Positions 18,080-28,722 of a DNA stretch of 64,000 bases are shown here, piece after piece. Under the pieces are notes generated by a model, which searched no databases, had not been told where the DNA came from, and was given only the letters and a program-made list of their open reading frames with translations. The translations under genes were made by a program, and so were the position numbers. The stretch covers positions 621 through 64,620 of the forward strand of contig JAUYKZ010000001.1 in assembly GCA_030704845.1 (NCBI GenBank). Reading direction: 5' to 3'. Origin of the DNA: an archaeon. GTDB lineage: Archaea; Nanobdellota; Nanobdellia; Woesearchaeales; GW2011-AR9. Positions within the stretch are counted from its first letter, which is position 1, and every line of letters begins with the position of its first letter.

Positions 18080-18089
18080 TTTAAATATA
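18080..18089 (+). promoter_or_regulatory. BRE/TATA element (AAAGG-TTTAAATATA) about 20 nt upstream of the grpE start codon
   Basis: TATA-like element with an upstream purine-rich BRE; implies a leaderless or short-leader transcript. Confidence 0.45.
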
Positions 18090-18109
18090 AGTATTGTCCC
18101 AGAGCAACC

Positions 18110-18652
18110 ATGTCGAGCTTAAATCAACAAGAACCTGAAGAAAATGGCGGAGAATCTCCTAAAAATGAAGGAGAAACATCGTCTGATGAACTGAACGAAC
18201 TGAAAGAACTTCTCCAACGAACGCAGGCAAATTTTGAGAATTATCGAAAACAGACTGAGAAGCGGGTTGAAGAAATGATTCAAATAGCTACAAAAGGAAT
18301 AATCGCTCAAATTTTACCAATTCTTGATAATTTTGAGTTGGCCTTACAAACTGCTGAAACATCTTCGGAACAACCAGAATTCGTTCAAGGAATTACTTTG
18401 ATTCATTCCCAGTTAACCAAAACTCTCAAAGATAACGGGGTTAAAGAAATTAAGGTAGAAGGAACATTTGATCCGCATATTCATGAAGCATTAATGAAGA
18501 TGCCTTCGGAACTTCCAGAGAATTCAATCGTTGGGATTATTCAGAAAGGTTACACTCTTCATGGTAAGCTTTTACGTCCAGCAAGAGTAACATTAAGTGC
18601 AGGACAAATAAAATCAACAGACGAACAGAACAAAACTAAAAATAAAAACTAA
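18110..18652 (+). CDS. grpE: Nucleotide exchange factor GrpE
   Basis: Coiled-coil N-terminal region (ELKELLQRTQANFENYRKQTEKR) and a C-terminal beta-domain. Position is immediately upstream of dnaK. Confidence 0.85.
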   Translation: MSSLNQQEPEENGGESPKNEGETSSDELNELKELLQRTQANFENYRKQTEKRVEEMIQIATKGIIAQILPILDNFELALQTAETSSEQPEFVQGITLIHSQLTKTLKDNGVKEIKVEGTFDPHIHEALMKMPSELPENSIVGIIQKGYTLHGKLLRPARVTLSAGQIKSTDEQNKTKNKN

Positions 18653-18685
18653 AAATAAAAACTAATAATACTGGAGGAACATACA

Positions 18686-20557
18686 ATGACAAACGAACAA
18701 AAAGTAACAGGAGCAACAATTGGTATCGATTTAGGTACTACATTCTCTGCAATGGCAGTACTTGAAGGTGGAAAATCTACAATTATTACAAATTCTGAGG
18801 GAACAAGAACAACCCCAAGCGTAGTTCATATTAAAGATGGGGAAGTTATCGTCGGACAAATTGCCCGAAACCAGGCAATTATCGATCCAACTCATACCAT
18901 TAGATCTATTAAAAGAAAAATTGGAACTTCAGAGAAGATTAGGATAGATGATAAGGATTATACTCCTGAACAAATATCTGCAATGATTCTTCAGAAATTG
19001 AAACGGGATGCGGAAGCATATCTCGGTCAACCGGTAAAAAATGCGGTAGTTACCGTTCCAGCTTATTTCAATGATTCTCAACGTCAAGCAACAAAGAATG
19101 CTGGTGAAATTGCCGGTTTAAATGTTTTAAGAATTATTAACGAACCAACTGCTGCATCGTTAGCATATGGTTTAGATAAACAAGAAACAGAACATACTAT
19201 CTTAGTATTTGACTTTGGTGGCGGTACTTTTGACGTATCTATCCTTGAACTAGGAGATGGTATCTTTGAAGTAAAATCCACTAGCGGAGATAACCTGCTT
19301 GGTGGAGATGATGTTGATACCTTAATCATGGATTGGATTATGGGAAATTTCAAAAATTCAACCGGTATTGATTTAAGAAATGATCCTACAGCTATTCAAA
19401 GATTAAAAGAAGCTTCAGAGAAAGCTAAGATTGAATTATCTTCAAAGGCAAAAGTAGAGATAAGTATTCCATTTATCACTGCAGATCAGAATGGTCCAAA
19501 ACATATCAAAGAAGAATTGTCTAAAGCAAAATTCGAAGAATTAATTTCAGACATCTTAAGACGATTAGAAGGACCTGTTAAACAAGCATTGAAAGATGCA
19601 AGTTTAACTCCAGATAAACTTAATAAAGTAATTTTTGTCGGCGGTTCAACAAGAATCCCGGCTGTACAAGATTTAGTTAGAAAAATTACTGGCAAGGAAG
19701 GAGATAAATCTGTAAATCCGGATGAAGCTGTTGCAGTTGGTGCGGCAATTCAAGCGGGAGTTATCTCTGGGGATATCAAAGATGTTCTCTTACTTGACGT
19801 AACTCCATTAAGTTTTGGAATTGAAACTCTTGGGGGAGTATTCACAAAATTGATTGAAAGAAATACTACGATTCCGACAAAGAAATCTCAAGTATTCTCA
19901 ACAGCTGCCGATAATCAGCAAGCGGTAACAATCAGAGTTGCGCAAGGTGAACGTTCAATGTTTAATGATAACAAACACCTTGGTCAGTTCGATCTAATGG
20001 GAATCCCACCCGCTCCGCGAGGTGTACCTCAGATTGAAGTAGCTTTCGACATTGACGCTAACGGGATACTTAATGTAAGCGCAAAAGATATGGGTACTGG
20101 TAAAGAACAAAAAATCAAGATTACTGGTTCAAGTGCATTAAGTAAAGATGAAGTTGAAAAGATGCGACAAGATGCAGAACAAAATGCTGCTGACGATGAA
20201 AAAAAGAAAGCTAAAGTTGAAGCAGAAAATAATGCGGATGCAGTAGTTTATCAATCAAGAAAAGTCTTGGAAGAATTTAAAGATAAAGTTAACGAATCAA
20301 CCAAGACCAAAATTGAAGCAGCAATTGAAGCTGTTGAAAATTCCCGTAAAGATGGGAATGCTGAAGTGATTAACAAAAAAATTGAAGAATTAAACAAACT
20401 TATGCAGGAAATCGGTACTCAAATGTATCAAGAAGCTGCAGCACAACAACCTGAGCAAACTTCAGGAGAAGAAACGACTGGAAGTAATGCAAAAGATGAA
20501 AACATTGTTGATGCAGAGTTTAAAGAGAAAAAAGAGAAAAAAGAAGAGAAAGCTTAG
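18686..20557 (+). CDS. dnaK: Molecular chaperone DnaK (Hsp70)
   Basis: [26 protein letters not shown] and the substrate-binding domain motifs; 623 aa. Confidence 0.95.
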   Translation: MTNEQKVTGATIGIDLGTTFSAMAVLEGGKSTIITNSEGTRTTPSVVHIKDGEVIVGQIARNQAIIDPTHTIRSIKRKIGTSEKIRIDDKDYTPEQISAMILQKLKRDAEAYLGQPVKNAVVTVPAYFNDSQRQATKNAGEIAGLNVLRIINEPTAASLAYGLDKQETEHTILVFDFGGGTFDVSILELGDGIFEVKSTSGDNLLGGDDVDTLIMDWIMGNFKNSTGIDLRNDPTAIQRLKEASEKAKIELSSKAKVEISIPFITADQNGPKHIKEELSKAKFEELISDILRRLEGPVKQALKDASLTPDKLNKVIFVGGSTRIPAVQDLVRKITGKEGDKSVNPDEAVAVGAAIQAGVISGDIKDVLLLDVTPLSFGIETLGGVFTKLIERNTTIPTKKSQVFSTAADNQQAVTIRVAQGERSMFNDNKHLGQFDLMGIPPAPRGVPQIEVAFDIDANGILNVSAKDMGTGKEQKIKITGSSALSKDEVEKMRQDAEQNAADDEKKKAKVEAENNADAVVYQSRKVLEEFKDKVNESTKTKIEAAIEAVENSRKDGNAEVINKKIEELNKLMQEIGTQMYQEAAAQQPEQTSGEETTGSNAKDENIVDAEFKEKKEKKEEKA

Positions 20558-20591
20558 AGCTTTCTCTTAAAACCAATTCGGAGGTACGAAA

Positions 20592-21020
20592 ATGGTAGAA
20601 AAATATAGAAGATTAGTAGATGGTTTAGAGAATAATCTAGACGAAGGGTTACAACATGGTGACCAAGGCGGAGTTCCACAATTTGATTATGGGGGAAGGT
20701 TACCTCAATATGGCGGTAGCGGAAGATATTCTAGTTCAAATTCATTAGATGGGAGATTGGGATTAGCTGGTTATGTGCACAAGATGTTAGATAATGACGA
20801 TTATTTCTCTGCATTAACTGCTGTTGATGCTTCGAATGGTTTAAACGAACCAGGCGTTTCTAATCGCATACTTTATGCAGCTTTAGCAATTTACGGTGCA
20901 ACAAGATTAGGTGATTTAGATAAAGGGTGTAAGGCATACAATCTAATGGAAACTCTCGTTGCTTACTGTGTTAAAAACGCGGGTGATCTATTAAAGGGGT
21001 CTGAACAATCAGATGAGTAA
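20592..21020 (+). CDS. Hypothetical Gly/Ser-rich protein inserted between dnaK and dnaJ (142 aa)
   Basis: ORF with an RBS-like GGAGGT 8 nt upstream. Its stop overlaps the dnaJ start by 8 nt. No known motif. Confidence 0.45.
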   Translation: MVEKYRRLVDGLENNLDEGLQHGDQGGVPQFDYGGRLPQYGGSGRYSSSNSLDGRLGLAGYVHKMLDNDDYFSALTAVDASNGLNEPGVSNRILYAALAIYGATRLGDLDKGCKAYNLMETLVAYCVKNAGDLLKGSEQSDE

Positions 21021-22122
21021 GAATTACTATGAACTCCTTGGTGTTGATAAAAAATCAACCAAGGAAGAAATAAAGAAAGCCTACAAAAAGTTGGCGATGA
21101 AATATCATCCAGATAGAGCGCCAACTGATAAAAAGGCTGAGTATGAAGAAAAGTTTAAAGAAATAAATGAAGCAGCTTCAGTTCTAGGTGACGAGAAAAA
21201 ACGTCAACAGTATGATCAATTTGGTTCTGCAGGTCCACAAAGTGGCGGTTTCCAACAAGGTTACGATTTCTCAGATATCATGTCGCAATTTCGTTCTGGT
21301 TCTTTCGGAGATTTTGGCGACGTCTTTGATCAAATTTTTGGTGGCGGAGGAAGAAGAAGTAATACTCGAGCACGAAGAGGTTCAGATTTATTATACGAAA
21401 CTGAAATAACTTTAGAAGATGCAGCTAAAGGTGCTTCTAAAACAATTCCGCTAAATAAATTGGAATATTGTTCTGATTGTCAGGGGAAAGGAGCTCATAA
21501 ATTTGAAAGTTGTCATCATTGTCATGGTTCAGGTCAGGTGAAACAAACTCAAAGAACTCCATTCGGAATTTTCCAACAAACTGGTCCATGTCCATATTGT
21601 CACAGTAAAGGTGAATTGCCACAAGATTCATGTTCTAGTTGTAACGGTGACGGTTTAGTCAGAAAAAGAAAAGAGATTGAAGTTTCAATCCCCGCAGGTA
21701 TTCAAACGGGGATGCGTTTAAGGGTAACTCGGGAAGGAGAAGTTGGAGAGAATGGTGGGCCTTCAGGAGATTTATATGTTCAAGTTTCCGTTAGTGAACA
21801 TCGTTATTTTAAGAGGAGAAATGATGATTTACATATCACTGTCCCTATATCATATTCACAAGCTGTAATTGGTGACGAAATTGAAGTGCCAACAATTAAA
21901 GGGACTGCCGAATTAAAAATTCCTGCAGGCACGGATTCAGAAACAATCTTTAGAATGAAAGATAAGGGAATGCCTCATTTACAAAGTTCTGGTCATGGCG
22001 ACCAGATGGTTAAGGTAAAAATAGAAGTTCCTAAAAAGATAAACAAGAAACAGAAAGATTTGATTTCTCAATTGAAAGAAGAAAAACCAATCAAGAATTT
22101 TTTAAAGAAAATATTTGGATAA
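21013..22122 (+). CDS. dnaJ: Co-chaperone DnaJ (Hsp40)
   Basis: J-domain (YYELLGV...KYHPDR), a G/F-rich linker and four CxxCxGxG zinc-finger repeats. Confidence 0.95.
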   Translation: MSKNYYELLGVDKKSTKEEIKKAYKKLAMKYHPDRAPTDKKAEYEEKFKEINEAASVLGDEKKRQQYDQFGSAGPQSGGFQQGYDFSDIMSQFRSGSFGDFGDVFDQIFGGGGRRSNTRARRGSDLLYETEITLEDAAKGASKTIPLNKLEYCSDCQGKGAHKFESCHHCHGSGQVKQTQRTPFGIFQQTGPCPYCHSKGELPQDSCSSCNGDGLVRKRKEIEVSIPAGIQTGMRLRVTREGEVGENGGPSGDLYVQVSVSEHRYFKRRNDDLHITVPISYSQAVIGDEIEVPTIKGTAELKIPAGTDSETIFRMKDKGMPHLQSSGHGDQMVKVKIEVPKKINKKQKDLISQLKEEKPIKNFLKKIFG

Positions 22123-22540
22123 TAATATGAAGACTTACCAAACTGTCGGAATTATAGTTGTGGGTGTAGCTTTAGGGGTTTCTGCGTTATTTTGTGGATT
22201 GAGTTCTTATAATAATTATCACCTCTCTAACGAAAATCTAGTATCTAACTCCAGAGCGACAGGCTTTTATGATTTTACTGGCAAAATGGAATATACCCAG
22301 TTAGGGGATGGGTCTGAAGAGATCCAATTAAGAACAGAAAATGGTTCAAAGGTGGTGCTATATCAAAACTTAAATGGCGATGATACTGTTGATAGGATCA
22401 GAATTGAGAGGTATCAAACAAGGGACATTTTTAGATTAGAAGAAATTTTAATAAGGGCATTAAACTATCCTAAGCATGAATCTGAATTTAATCAAGCAGA
22501 TGAAATCTTACTAGAAGAAAGACAAAGATATTCACCGTAA
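22115..22540 (+). CDS. Hypothetical membrane-anchored protein (141 aa)
   Basis: N-terminal transmembrane helix; overlaps the dnaJ stop. Confidence 0.45.
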   Translation: MDNNMKTYQTVGIIVVGVALGVSALFCGLSSYNNYHLSNENLVSNSRATGFYDFTGKMEYTQLGDGSEEIQLRTENGSKVVLYQNLNGDDTVDRIRIERYQTRDIFRLEEILIRALNYPKHESEFNQADEILLEERQRYSP

Positions 22541-22579
22541 TAACAATATTTAAATAACTCTAAATCTCCTATTACTTCT

Positions 22580-24286
22580 ATGGATTTTGAGAAACTAGTT
22601 GAGGTCTATGAAGAACTGGAAAAAACATCTTCAGGCAATGCCCTGCGGGAAATTCTATCCGGTTTCTTCAAGAAAGTTCCCGCGGAAGATATCGCTGTTA
22701 TCTCTTACTTAACTCTTGGCCAGATATCTTCCGATTACGATTCTTCGGTACTTGGTTTAGCTGAAAAATCTGTCTTGAAAGGAATTGCTAAAGCCGGCGG
22801 AATTAGCGAAAAAGAAGTTAAATTAATCATGGATAAAAAAGGGGACGTTGGATTGACAGCTGAACAAGTTTTACACAAAAAACCAAGAACTCTTGTTCCG
22901 GTTGGAAAACTTACGGTCAACGAATTATTTGAAAAATTAAATAAAATTGCTGTAACTAGCGGATCAGGATCCCAAGATCAAAAAACAAACATTCTCGTTT
23001 CTTTATTTCAGAAATCTTCTCCTATCGGCGCCAAATATATCGCACGGATGGTTTTAGGAACTTTAAGGATGGGCGTAGGCGATATGACAGTTATAGATTC
23101 ATTAACTATCGCTTTTACGGGAGATAAAAAGGGTAAAGAAGAAGTTGAGAAAGCTTACAACATTTGTCCAGATGTAGGAATTATTGCTGAAACTTTAGCC
23201 AAGCATGGTTTGAAAGGAATTAACAAAATTGATATTCATGTTGGAAGACCAATAAAAATGATGTTGGCTCAGCGTCTTAAATCACTCGACGAATTACCCA
23301 AAAAAATTGGTGAGAAATGGGCCGTTGAAGGAAAATATGATGGTGAAAGATTACAAGCTCATAAAGACAAGAATGGTAAAATAACTTTGTTCTCTAGAAA
23401 GTTAGATGACATCACATCTCAATTTCCCGATTTAGTTCGGTATTTAGAAAAACAGATCAAAGCAAAAGAATTTGTTGTTGAAGCTGAAGTTATTGCGATT
23501 GATGATCAAGGTAAACATCAACCATTTCAAGTTCTTATGCAAAGAAAAAGAAAACATGACATTGAAGAATATGTCAAAAAGATACCTGTTCAAGCGAAAA
23601 TGTTTGACGTCTTATATTATAATGGTAAATCTTATCTTCATGAATCTTATGAGAAGAGATATGAGATTCTTCATAAAATAGTTTCAAAGAGTAAAAATGT
23701 AACTTTAAGTGATCGCATTATAACTGATGATCTTAGCAAATTGAATGATTTCTTTAAACAGATGTTACATGAAAAATATGAAGGGGTTATGATTAAAGAT
23801 CTTAATGGAGAATATCAAGCCGGAACGCGAGGATGGAATTGGATTAAATGGAAAAAAGAATATGTGAAAGATTTGAGCGATACTTTTGATTTAGTTGTTA
23901 TTGGAGCATTCCATGGTCGAGGTAAAAGGGCGGGAGTTTATGGAGCTTTACTTTGTGCATCTTATAATCCTAAGAATGATCAGTTTGAAACTGTGTGTAA
24001 ACTTGGAACAGGTTTAACTGATGAAGCTCTCGCTGAATTACCGAATAGATTAGAGAAATATAAAGTTAATAAGAAGCCATCACGGGTTGTTATTTCAAAA
24101 GAGATGATACCCGACGTTTGGTTTGAACCTAAAGTTGTCGTCGAAGTTCTTGCTGCTGAGATTACAAAAAGCCCATATCACACTTGTGCAAATGGTTTAG
24201 CATTAAGATTCCCCAGATTTATTAGGTATCGTGAGAAAAAACCGGAACAAGCCACAACAAGTAAAGAGATTGAGGAGATGGCTTGA
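22580..24286 (+). CDS. ATP-dependent DNA ligase
   Basis: Adenylation motif I KYDGERLQAHK and downstream OB-fold region; 568 aa, typical of archaeal Lig. Confidence 0.9.
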   Translation: MDFEKLVEVYEELEKTSSGNALREILSGFFKKVPAEDIAVISYLTLGQISSDYDSSVLGLAEKSVLKGIAKAGGISEKEVKLIMDKKGDVGLTAEQVLHKKPRTLVPVGKLTVNELFEKLNKIAVTSGSGSQDQKTNILVSLFQKSSPIGAKYIARMVLGTLRMGVGDMTVIDSLTIAFTGDKKGKEEVEKAYNICPDVGIIAETLAKHGLKGINKIDIHVGRPIKMMLAQRLKSLDELPKKIGEKWAVEGKYDGERLQAHKDKNGKITLFSRKLDDITSQFPDLVRYLEKQIKAKEFVVEAEVIAIDDQGKHQPFQVLMQRKRKHDIEEYVKKIPVQAKMFDVLYYNGKSYLHESYEKRYEILHKIVSKSKNVTLSDRIITDDLSKLNDFFKQMLHEKYEGVMIKDLNGEYQAGTRGWNWIKWKKEYVKDLSDTFDLVVIGAFHGRGKRAGVYGALLCASYNPKNDQFETVCKLGTGLTDEALAELPNRLEKYKVNKKPSRVVISKEMIPDVWFEPKVVVEVLAAEITKSPYHTCANGLALRFPRFIRYREKKPEQATTSKEIEEMA

Positions 24287-24293
24287 TTACTGT

Positions 24294-25307
24294 TTAAGAA
24301 ATTTCTAACAACCTAAACAACTCGCCAGTATCACTTCCAATAATCAAATCAGTTTTCTCTTTAATGATCTCGTTAGTTATAATCTCTGGGAATTGTAACG
24401 GATTATCACCACAAGAAGTTCCAGGCCGACATTGTGAAGAAGTATATCCCTGAAGTTCTTTCACAATTCTTAGAACACACTGTTCATTGCAATTATAATC
24501 TTCTTTTAAGCCCATAATCCATAATGCTCCTATTGTGTGAGAATCTCTTTTTTCCCTTTCACTTAAGGAGACATCTCCTTGTTTTAATCTTAAATAATAA
24601 TTGTTATCTAGCATGGATCCATCATCCATTCTTATACCTCCTGACGAAAGTAAATCCGTTCCAGTTTCTCTGAGGTATGCATCTCCTTTCTTAGCAAATT
24701 CTTTTGCATTACCCTCCAAATCCATTGCCACAACATCACAATTTACTCTTTCATTTACTTCAATCGCTATAGCTTCACTAAACCAGTTAGGATGTCCTCT
24801 TAACATGTAATATAAGAAGAAATGGGTTGTTTCATGTTCTTCAGCAATGATATCTGAAAGATCTTTCGCTACTTTCTCTCCAAATTGGGTGTTACCAAAA
24901 AGATTTGATTGAGAAATCCCAGACCAACTAGTACTCCCACCGGTAGTGCAGCAACATCCTTCTTCTTGTTCACATTCAGGTTTTTCAATTGATGATATTT
25001 TGTAAATAACTCTCGGTGCAGAGAACTGAAAATGGTTTTCTAGACATTGAACAACTTTGGTTTGTAATTGTAAATAATATTGTAACAATTCTGAATTGCA
25101 ATTGTTATCTTGGCATAACATTTCCACGTAGCTGTTACATAATTCTCCTTGGCATTGAGTTTCCGATAAAGTATCCGTTTTGGTTACTTTTTTAATCGGC
25201 TGATTTAATGTTGAATAACTTACGATAGCGACGATTATCAGTGCTAGAAATAACATTGCTAAGATTATTTTTTTCCATTTCATTTTGATTAACAAGATGT
25301 TAATCAT
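24294..25307 (-). CDS. Secreted Cys-rich protein with an HExxH motif (possible zinc metalloprotease-like); the likely start is the MKWKK Met near 25283
   Basis: Signal peptide or transmembrane helix, many Cys pairs, and EHETTHFF (HExxH). Confidence 0.5.
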   Translation of the reverse strand: MINILLIKMKWKKIILAMLFLALIIVAIVSYSTLNQPIKKVTKTDTLSETQCQGELCNSYVEMLCQDNNCNSELLQYYLQLQTKVVQCLENHFQFSAPRVIYKISSIEKPECEQEEGCCCTTGGSTSWSGISQSNLFGNTQFGEKVAKDLSDIIAEEHETTHFFLYYMLRGHPNWFSEAIAIEVNERVNCDVVAMDLEGNAKEFAKKGDAYLRETGTDLLSSGGIRMDDGSMLDNNYYLRLKQGDVSLSEREKRDSHTIGALWIMGLKEDYNCNEQCVLRIVKELQGYTSSQCRPGTSCGDNPLQFPEIITNEIIKEKTDLIIGSDTGELFRLLEIS

Positions 25308-25425
25308 TTTATTTCTTTCTATTGATGATCATGGTGGTTTCATTCAGATTATGGAGTTATTGTTCACTCTTCAGTGTTTAGAAACATTTTTATAAGATTA
25401 TGTTTTCTGAATTTTTATTGTTTGC

Positions 25426-25595
25426 GGGAGAATTGATCTGAAATCGCTTTTTAACTTCGGTTGAGAAGTCTTTTGATGTGACACTTCGGACGCAGGCAAT
25501 ATAAAAGTTGCTCACGGGAGAATTGAATTGATATCGCTTTTTAACTTCGGTTGAAAAGTCTTTATTGATGATACTTCGGACGTGAGTAGCCTTTT
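25426..25595. repeat. Tandem direct repeat, two copies of a ~75-bp unit (period 90 bp) in the 380-bp intergenic region upstream of gatE
   Basis: Copy 1 is GGGAGAATTGATCTGAAATCGCTTTTTAACTTCGGTTGAGAAGTCTTTTGATGTGACACTTCGGACGCAGG. Copy 2 is about 90% identical (GGGAGAATTGAATTGATATCGCTTTTTAACTTCGGTTGAAAAGTCTTTATTGATGATACTTCGGACGTGAG). Confidence 0.7.
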
Positions 25596-25687
25596 TCTTT
25601 TGATGGATTTTTTAAGTCATGAGAAATTCGTCGAAAGCGTCTCAATCTGCTTAGCAATCCTAAACATTTTTAAAACTCGACATCTTT

Positions 25688-27514
25688 TTGATAGTAATGT
25701 CTATAGATAAACTAGGTTTAACCTGCGGAATTGAAATCCACCAGCAATTAGATGGGAAAAAGTTGTTCTGTAATTCTCCAACAATTATTCGAGAAGATAA
25801 ACCTCATTTCAGGATAGTTCGTAAATTGAGAGCATCTGCTGGAGAATCTGGAATAATCGATGTTGCCGCAAAGCAGGAACAATCTCGAAACAGAAGATAT
25901 GTCTATGAAGGATATTATGATACTACCTGTCTTGTAGAAACTGATTCCGAACCTCCGCATGAAATTAATAAAGATTCATTATTAACCACTCTTCAATTTT
26001 GTAAGATAGTTAACGCCAGAATTTCTCCGGTTGTTCAAGTAATGAGAAAAATTGTTGTTGATGGGTCAAACACTTCCGGTTTTCAAAGAACAGCTTTAAT
26101 TGGCCGGGAAGGAATTCTTGCTACTAGTCTTGGTAATGTTGGGATTACCAACATCTCCTTGGAAGAAGATTCTTGTAAGATTATTAAAGATACTCCGGAA
26201 GAAAAAGTTTATCGTCTTGACCGGTTAGGAATCCCATTGATTGAAATTGGAACGGCTCCAGATATAAAATCACCCGAACATTGTTTAGAAACTGCAAAAA
26301 AGATAGGTATGCTTCTTAGATCTTTACCTTTTGTTAAAAGAGGTTTAGGTACTATTAGACAAGATGTTAACGTTTCAATTAAAGGGGGAACTAGGGTCGA
26401 AATTAAAGGTGCTCAAGATTTGCGCCAAATTCCGCAATTAGTAGAATTGGAAGCTAAACGACAGCATGAATTATTAGAACTAAAAAGAGAATTGAAAGGG
26501 AAAAAATTAAATTCTTTATCTCTGGTTGATTTGACTTCTGTTCTAGAAAAATCTCCGTCTAAAATTATTCAAAGAACGGTATCTAACGTTGGAAAAATTC
26601 TTGGTATTAAAGTGGCTGGATTTGCAGGTATTATTGGTAGAGAGTTACAACCGGGATATCGGGTGGGAACAGAGTTATCTGGAAGGGCAAAAATAAAAGC
26701 TGGTGTAGGCGGAATATTTCATTCAGATGAATTACCTAATTATGGAATTACTGAAAATGATGTTCTTTTAATTAGAAAAAAATTGAATTGTACAACCAAA
26801 GATGCGTTCATTATAGTTGCAGATAAAGAAACTAAAACTAAGATGGCTTTAGAAGCTGTATATGAACGTCTTGAAGAACTCTTTTTAGGTGTTCCTAAAG
26901 AAGTTAGGAAAGCTAACCAGGATGGCACAACGTCTTATCTACGTCCAATGCCTGGTGCTTCCAGAATGTATCCAGAAACAGATGTGCCTTTAATTTATCC
27001 AGATTTATCGGTAGTTGAACTTCCGGAATTATTAGAAGAAAAGATTTCTCGGTATCAAAAAAGATTAGGGTTAAGTGGCGATCTTGCTTCGTTTATAGCA
27101 AAATCTGACAAAGTGCTGTTATTTGAAGAATTGGTTAAAACTCATCCAAAACAGAAACCAGCATTTATTGCGGAAACTTTGATTTCGACTCCTCTTGAAA
27201 TGAAACGTAAATTTGAAGTTGATTCAGATTCACTTACTGAAGATAATTTCAGAGATCTATTTAGGTTCTTAGAAGAGGAAAAAATTCACAAGGATATTGT
27301 TCTTGATGTCCTTATTGACATGGCTAAGGGCCAATTTTCACTACAAAAATATGCTTCCCTTTCTACTGAAGATCTGCATAAAATCATCGCTGAAGTGGTT
27401 AACAGCAATCCTAAAGCACCTTTTGGAGCTCTCATGGGCCAATGCATGAAACAGTTAGCCGGAAAGGCTTCTGGAGAAGTAATTTCTAAAGAATTGAAGA
27501 GGATTTTAGGATAA
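25688..27514 (+). CDS. gatE: Glutamyl-tRNA(Gln) amidotransferase subunit E (archaeal GatE)
   Basis: N-terminal KLGLTCGIEIHQQL, a GatB/E-like catalytic core, an inserted AspRS-like domain and a C-terminal YqeY-like tail; 608 aa. Confidence 0.85.
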   Translation: MIVMSIDKLGLTCGIEIHQQLDGKKLFCNSPTIIREDKPHFRIVRKLRASAGESGIIDVAAKQEQSRNRRYVYEGYYDTTCLVETDSEPPHEINKDSLLTTLQFCKIVNARISPVVQVMRKIVVDGSNTSGFQRTALIGREGILATSLGNVGITNISLEEDSCKIIKDTPEEKVYRLDRLGIPLIEIGTAPDIKSPEHCLETAKKIGMLLRSLPFVKRGLGTIRQDVNVSIKGGTRVEIKGAQDLRQIPQLVELEAKRQHELLELKRELKGKKLNSLSLVDLTSVLEKSPSKIIQRTVSNVGKILGIKVAGFAGIIGRELQPGYRVGTELSGRAKIKAGVGGIFHSDELPNYGITENDVLLIRKKLNCTTKDAFIIVADKETKTKMALEAVYERLEELFLGVPKEVRKANQDGTTSYLRPMPGASRMYPETDVPLIYPDLSVVELPELLEEKISRYQKRLGLSGDLASFIAKSDKVLLFEELVKTHPKQKPAFIAETLISTPLEMKRKFEVDSDSLTEDNFRDLFRFLEEEKIHKDIVLDVLIDMAKGQFSLQKYASLSTEDLHKIIAEVVNSNPKAPFGALMGQCMKQLAGKASGEVISKELKRILG

Positions 27515-27618
27515 AATAACCATCATTCTACAATCTCCAGATTAAAAACCTCGAAAGTGCCACTTGAAAGTGGTTAAAAAGCGGAAGGTTTATATACCAA
27601 AAGCTCTAAAAGTTAGAT

Positions 27619-28716
27619 ATGGCTTTAGATGATATCTTAACTAGTGTACGAAGAACTGCGGGAGACACAATTATAGCTAGCGGTGTTACAGCTGGAGCTT
27701 CAATGCTAGCTGAGAACTACCTTGAAAATTCTACTGGTTCAGATCCATTAATTACTCTCCTTGAGGTTGGCTGTGGATTAGCTGGAGGATATCTTATTAA
27801 AAAAGCTATGTTGGGCAATTTTAGTAACAAAAGAAGTAGAAAAACAAAGAAGAATCTTCTTGACCGAGGAATTGGAACAACCGCTGCAACTGTTGCCGGA
27901 AATGTTTTCGCTCTTAATGAAATCGTTAATTATGTGTCAAATCAAGAACCTGGATATGCTCAAGCTTTAATTGCGGCAGGTTTAGGGGCAGGAATGTATG
28001 TTGCAAATAAAATCGTTCCCCCAGCTGTTGAGTTTATTGGAAAATTATTACCGAAGAAAAATTTATTTGAAGTCCTGAAAAGATTTGGTCTCGCCGCATC
28101 ATTAGTTTATGCTGGAGTTAGCGGAGCAGGATATGTAAATGAAAGAGAATCTAGAGGTAATATTAGCAGAGATTATAATACTAAAATAAACTATAATAAT
28201 CACAAAGTTAAAAATTTACTTGAAACTGATAAAGTGGATCAGAATTTTTTATCTTCCTTAGAAGGCATGTGTAATAGATTAAATATGAATTGTATGGCAG
28301 TATTATCTGTTATGCATTATGAAACAGGTGGCAGTTTTAGTCCAAGTATCAAAAACCCTGGAAGTTCGGCAACTGGGTTAATTCAATTTATGGGTTCAAC
28401 AGCAAAGGGACTTGGAACTACAACCAAAAAACTTTCAGAAATGACCCAAACTGAACAATTAGAATATGTCGAGAAATATTTTAATCTCATAAAAGATAAT
28501 TTTGATGAAGTTAATTATATGGATCCTAAAAATGTTGCTCTAGCAGTATTTTATCCAAGTGCTATCGGTAAAGGGGATAATCATATCATTGCAGAGGAAG
28601 GTAGAAGTAAGCTTGATGATAGAATATTAAAAGCTAATAAGGATCATAATGGTGATGGTAAAATTACTGCTAAGGAATATACTGGCAAAGCTTTGAGTAT
28701 GGGGTATTTGCAATAG
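27619..28716 (+). CDS. Membrane-associated lysozyme-like/SLT-domain protein with a C-terminal EF-hand calcium-binding loop
   Basis: Gly-zipper hydrophobic N-terminal region. The SLT-like catalytic segment is MHYETGGSFSPSIKNPGSSATGLIQFMGST. The canonical EF-hand loop is DHNGDGKITAKE. Confidence 0.6.
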   Translation: MALDDILTSVRRTAGDTIIASGVTAGASMLAENYLENSTGSDPLITLLEVGCGLAGGYLIKKAMLGNFSNKRSRKTKKNLLDRGIGTTAATVAGNVFALNEIVNYVSNQEPGYAQALIAAGLGAGMYVANKIVPPAVEFIGKLLPKKNLFEVLKRFGLAASLVYAGVSGAGYVNERESRGNISRDYNTKINYNNHKVKNLLETDKVDQNFLSSLEGMCNRLNMNCMAVLSVMHYETGGSFSPSIKNPGSSATGLIQFMGSTAKGLGTTTKKLSEMTQTEQLEYVEKYFNLIKDNFDEVNYMDPKNVALAVFYPSAIGKGDNHIIAEEGRSKLDDRILKANKDHNGDGKITAKEYTGKALSMGYLQ

Positions 28717-28722
28717 ATAAAA

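Noticed and set aside
25426-25595. Possible CRISPR array or C/D-box sRNA duplicates in the gatE upstream repeats
   Set aside because: There are only two copies, 75-bp units and no spacer-like unique segments between short repeats, so this is not CRISPR-like. One copy has a UGAUGA box, but no properly spaced CUGA D or D' boxes or terminal stem could be found on either strand.
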